Source: a virus (taxonomy: Duplodnaviria > Heunggongvirae > Uroviricota > Caudoviricetes). Taken from it: a stretch of DNA of 29,513 bases. The notes under the pieces were generated by a model that was not told the origin of the DNA, searched no databases, and saw only the letters and a list, made by a program, of their open reading frames with translations. The position numbers were made by a program, and so were the translations under genes. The stretch spans positions 1 to 29,513 of IMG/VR virus record IMGVR_UViG_3300042879_005260. The stretch is one strand, 5' to 3'. Below, in pieces: positions 27,285 through 29,513 of the stretch (positions within the stretch are counted from its first letter, which is position 1; every line of letters begins with the position of its first letter).

Positions 27285-28445
27285 ATGGCCGACAAGAAAA
27301 GTGTTGTTTTTGAAACAAAATTAACCCCAGAAGAAACTTTGGAGATAACAAATAGATTAATGGGTTTTTATGATAATCTAGATACTATTCAAGATTATTT
27401 TTTGGCAAGAAAAAAAGAAAAGGTTGAAAATATTGACCATGAAAAATATGCAGATATGATGTTTAGTGATTTTAACATGGAACCAAAAGATATGCAATTT
27501 TCAATCGAAGTTATCGATGGTAAATTGTTTAATCCGGCAGTTCAAATTATAACCTCACTACCGCTAGAATCTCAGATTGGGCGTCAAGTCACTTTGGGTG
27601 TTAGAGAAACAAACACTAACAAATGGATTGGTTTTATTAGATTAGCTTCACCAGTTTTATCCATTAAACCTAGAAATGACCTTTTTGAAGGTATGAAAGT
27701 AACGGCAAATGAAGTTAATAAGTTTATGATTAACGGTGCGATTATCGTACCAGCACAACCTTTTGGGTATAACTATCTTGGTGGTAAACTTTTAAGTTTA
27801 ATTTGTTGTTCTCATGAAATTAGGGAATTATTGAAGGAAAAGTATGGTGACAAAATTGATACCGTTTTTATGGAAACAACATCACTTTATGGTGATATCA
27901 AAGGTATGAGCCAATATGATGGTTTAAAACCTTTTATAAAGTACGGTAGTATGACTGAATCCGATATTTTTCTATTCCCAGGTGATGAGGTATATGATAG
28001 TATTAGATCTTTTATGCGTCAACATTATGGAAATCCTGAATGGGGTGGTTCAATTGTTGACCCAGGTCCATCGGGCCCAAAGATGAGAGAATTTAATAAA
28101 ATACTTTCAATTTTAAAAAACCATTTAAAAGTACAAAATCCTTTAAAGTTTAAAGAGTTTTCAGACTTTACCCAAAGTCATATGAAAGCGAAAACCAAAA
28201 AAAGATATTATTATTGTACTTATGGTTATGAGAATGTCTTTCAATATATCGCAAGTAACGGTGAAATTGAGTTGGTTAAAAAAGATAATTATGATAGATA
28301 TTATTTAACCAATTTGATTGAGTGGTGGAAAAATAAAGCACAAAATAGATTTCAAAAACTAAAAGATGAGTCGAAAAATAGAACTGAACTTGAAATTTAT
28401 ACACCTGAAACTATTGAAGGTGGTAAAATTGATATGATAAGATAA
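27285..28445 (+). CDS. DUF4338 / DruA-like protein (GNAT/Mom-like fold inferred)
   Basis: Motifs WIGFIRLASP, VPAQPFGYNYLGGKLLSLICCSHE and ETTSLYG...SQYDGLKPF, recognised from phage DUF4338 homologs. Confidence 0.7.
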   Translation: MADKKSVVFETKLTPEETLEITNRLMGFYDNLDTIQDYFLARKKEKVENIDHEKYADMMFSDFNMEPKDMQFSIEVIDGKLFNPAVQIITSLPLESQIGRQVTLGVRETNTNKWIGFIRLASPVLSIKPRNDLFEGMKVTANEVNKFMINGAIIVPAQPFGYNYLGGKLLSLICCSHEIRELLKEKYGDKIDTVFMETTSLYGDIKGMSQYDGLKPFIKYGSMTESDIFLFPGDEVYDSIRSFMRQHYGNPEWGGSIVDPGPSGPKMREFNKILSILKNHLKVQNPLKFKEFSDFTQSHMKAKTKKRYYYCTYGYENVFQYIASNGEIELVKKDNYDRYYLTNLIEWWKNKAQNRFQKLKDESKNRTELEIYTPETIEGGKIDMIR

Positions 28446-28705
28446 TGGAATTAGAGATTAAAATAGGTGATACTTTAAAATGGAAAGACTTCAAGGAAGT
28501 ACATACCGTTTTAGATATTGACCCACCAAAAGAAAAGAGCATCCGTTGGGTTACTTTATTAAGAGGTGAGGATGATGTTTTAATAGATAAATGGTCAGTA
28601 AATTACCACTATTTAAAAACATTATTAGATGAAGGTAGTATTAGTGTTAATGGTGCGTTTATATTACAAAAAAATATTAAAGAACATAATTTAAATGTAC
28701 GTTGA
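28445..28705 (+). CDS. Small hypothetical protein
   Basis: 86 aa, coupled by TAATG. The start IKIGDTLKW is SH3/KOW-like. Confidence 0.5.
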   Translation: MELEIKIGDTLKWKDFKEVHTVLDIDPPKEKSIRWVTLLRGEDDVLIDKWSVNYHYLKTLLDEGSISVNGAFILQKNIKEHNLNVR

Positions 28706-29312
28706 AATTTCTCCTAGACAATCAGGTAAAAGTAGTAGGTTAATAGAAGCTGTAATAGATTATTTAAGAAATAATTGTGGTAATAAAGTTGCCATTGTAA
28801 CACCAAATATAGCTAGAGGTAAAAATTTAAAAGAAAAAATTGGTAGATTATTTTTTAATACTTTAAGTCAAAATTTTGTAGGTAGTGATGATAAATTTAA
28901 ACTTTTAATTAATGACCACTATTTAGGTTCTATTATTGTTACAACAGATGTTAGGCCAACATTTGGTAGTAATATAGACTATTATTTTTTTGATGATTTC
29001 TCATCAATGGAACCACAAAAAATTTTATTAAACAATAATATAATTACCAATGGTTACTATTGTACGACACCCTGTCAAAAAAAATCGACAATCAATATGA
29101 TAACCAATCATTGTTTAAATAATAACATTAATATTAAATTTTTTAACCCTTGGACTGAAGTTAGGCTTAGGGAACAAGAAGGTTTTGAAATTTATACTAG
29201 AGAATACGTTCTTAATGAATGGGCATCATACATGGAAACAATAGGTATTAACGTCTTGGGGCCAGAAGAAAATTGGATATTAAAGTGGGTTAAAAAACAT
29301 AGTTTTGTTTAA
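28695..29312 (+). CDS. Stand-alone P-loop domain resembling the terminase large-subunit ATPase
   Basis: PRQSGKS Walker A, VAIVTPN, YYFFDDF Walker B-like, and CTTP motif III-like. Confidence 0.55.
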   Translation: MYVEISPRQSGKSSRLIEAVIDYLRNNCGNKVAIVTPNIARGKNLKEKIGRLFFNTLSQNFVGSDDKFKLLINDHYLGSIIVTTDVRPTFGSNIDYYFFDDFSSMEPQKILLNNNIITNGYYCTTPCQKKSTINMITNHCLNNNINIKFFNPWTEVRLREQEGFEIYTREYVLNEWASYMETIGINVLGPEENWILKWVKKHSFV

Positions 29313-29313
29313 G

Positions 29314-29513
29314 ATGAAATATCAGTTTCAAATAAAAGAAGTTAATCGGGTTATTGCGACAGATTTTATTCAAGAAAGACATTATTCAAAAGTAATGCCA
29401 AAATTAACCAAACATTGGTTGGGTTGCTTTCTGGATGAAGAGTTGGTGGGTGTTATAACATTAGGTTGGGGAACACAACCATTACAAACAATTAAAAAAT
29501 TATTTCCTGATTT
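29314..29513 (+). CDS. Mom-like adenine-modification (GNAT) protein, 3'-truncated
   Basis: Manual translation: MKYQFQIKEVNRVIATDFIQERHYSKVMPKLTKHWLGCFLDEELVGVITLGWGTQPLQTIKKLFPD. This matches the Mom-family N-terminal pattern A..FI...HYS...P...G.F...LVGV..G. Confidence 0.7.
   Translation, partial: MKYQFQIKEVNRVIATDFIQERHYSKVMPKLTKHWLGCFLDEELVGVITLGWGTQPLQTIKKLFPD

Noticed and set aside
27285-29312. Complete Druantia defence system
   Set aside because: Only a DruA-like gene is visible. The 205-aa P-loop protein is far too small to be the DruE helicase.
1-29513. Stop-codon reassignment (no gene ends in TAG)
   Set aside because: All long ORFs are intact under the standard code and the breaks are TAA with frame changes. 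TAA dominance is expected at this AT content.
1-29513. tRNA, rRNA or intron
   Set aside because: Intergenic gaps are under about 75 nt and none showed a cloverleaf or intron-like structure by eye.

Overview
A very AT-rich, gene-dense segment of a large contractile-tailed (myovirus-like) phage genome, probably infecting Bacteroidota. Support for that host: SprB-type repeats, A-rich ribosome-binding regions with no Shine-Dalgarno, and a TAnnTTTG promoter element. Positions 1-23824 form one co-oriented baseplate/tail structural operon. It starts inside a T4 gp6-like wedge gene and continues through a SprB-repeat protein, a gp7/P2-I-like wedge protein, Cys-rich repeat proteins, a large protein with membrane-like segments and a set of tail-collar-like paralogs. 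Positions 23850-26636 encode a RuvC-like resolvase, DNA primase, a PD-(D/E)xK exonuclease and thioredoxin. After a bidirectional terminator come the only minus-strand gene (a PD-(D/E)xK-like nuclease), a DUF4338/DruA-like protein, a small protein, a stand-alone terminase-like ATPase domain and a truncated Mom-like gene that is missing from the ORF track. The two main leads are (i) apparent fission of tail proteins into consecutive genes, with one break falling inside a Cys repeat, and (ii) a candidate Mom/DruA DNA-modification cluster with a divergent nuclease. All family assignments come from motif recognition by eye; no database searches were run.
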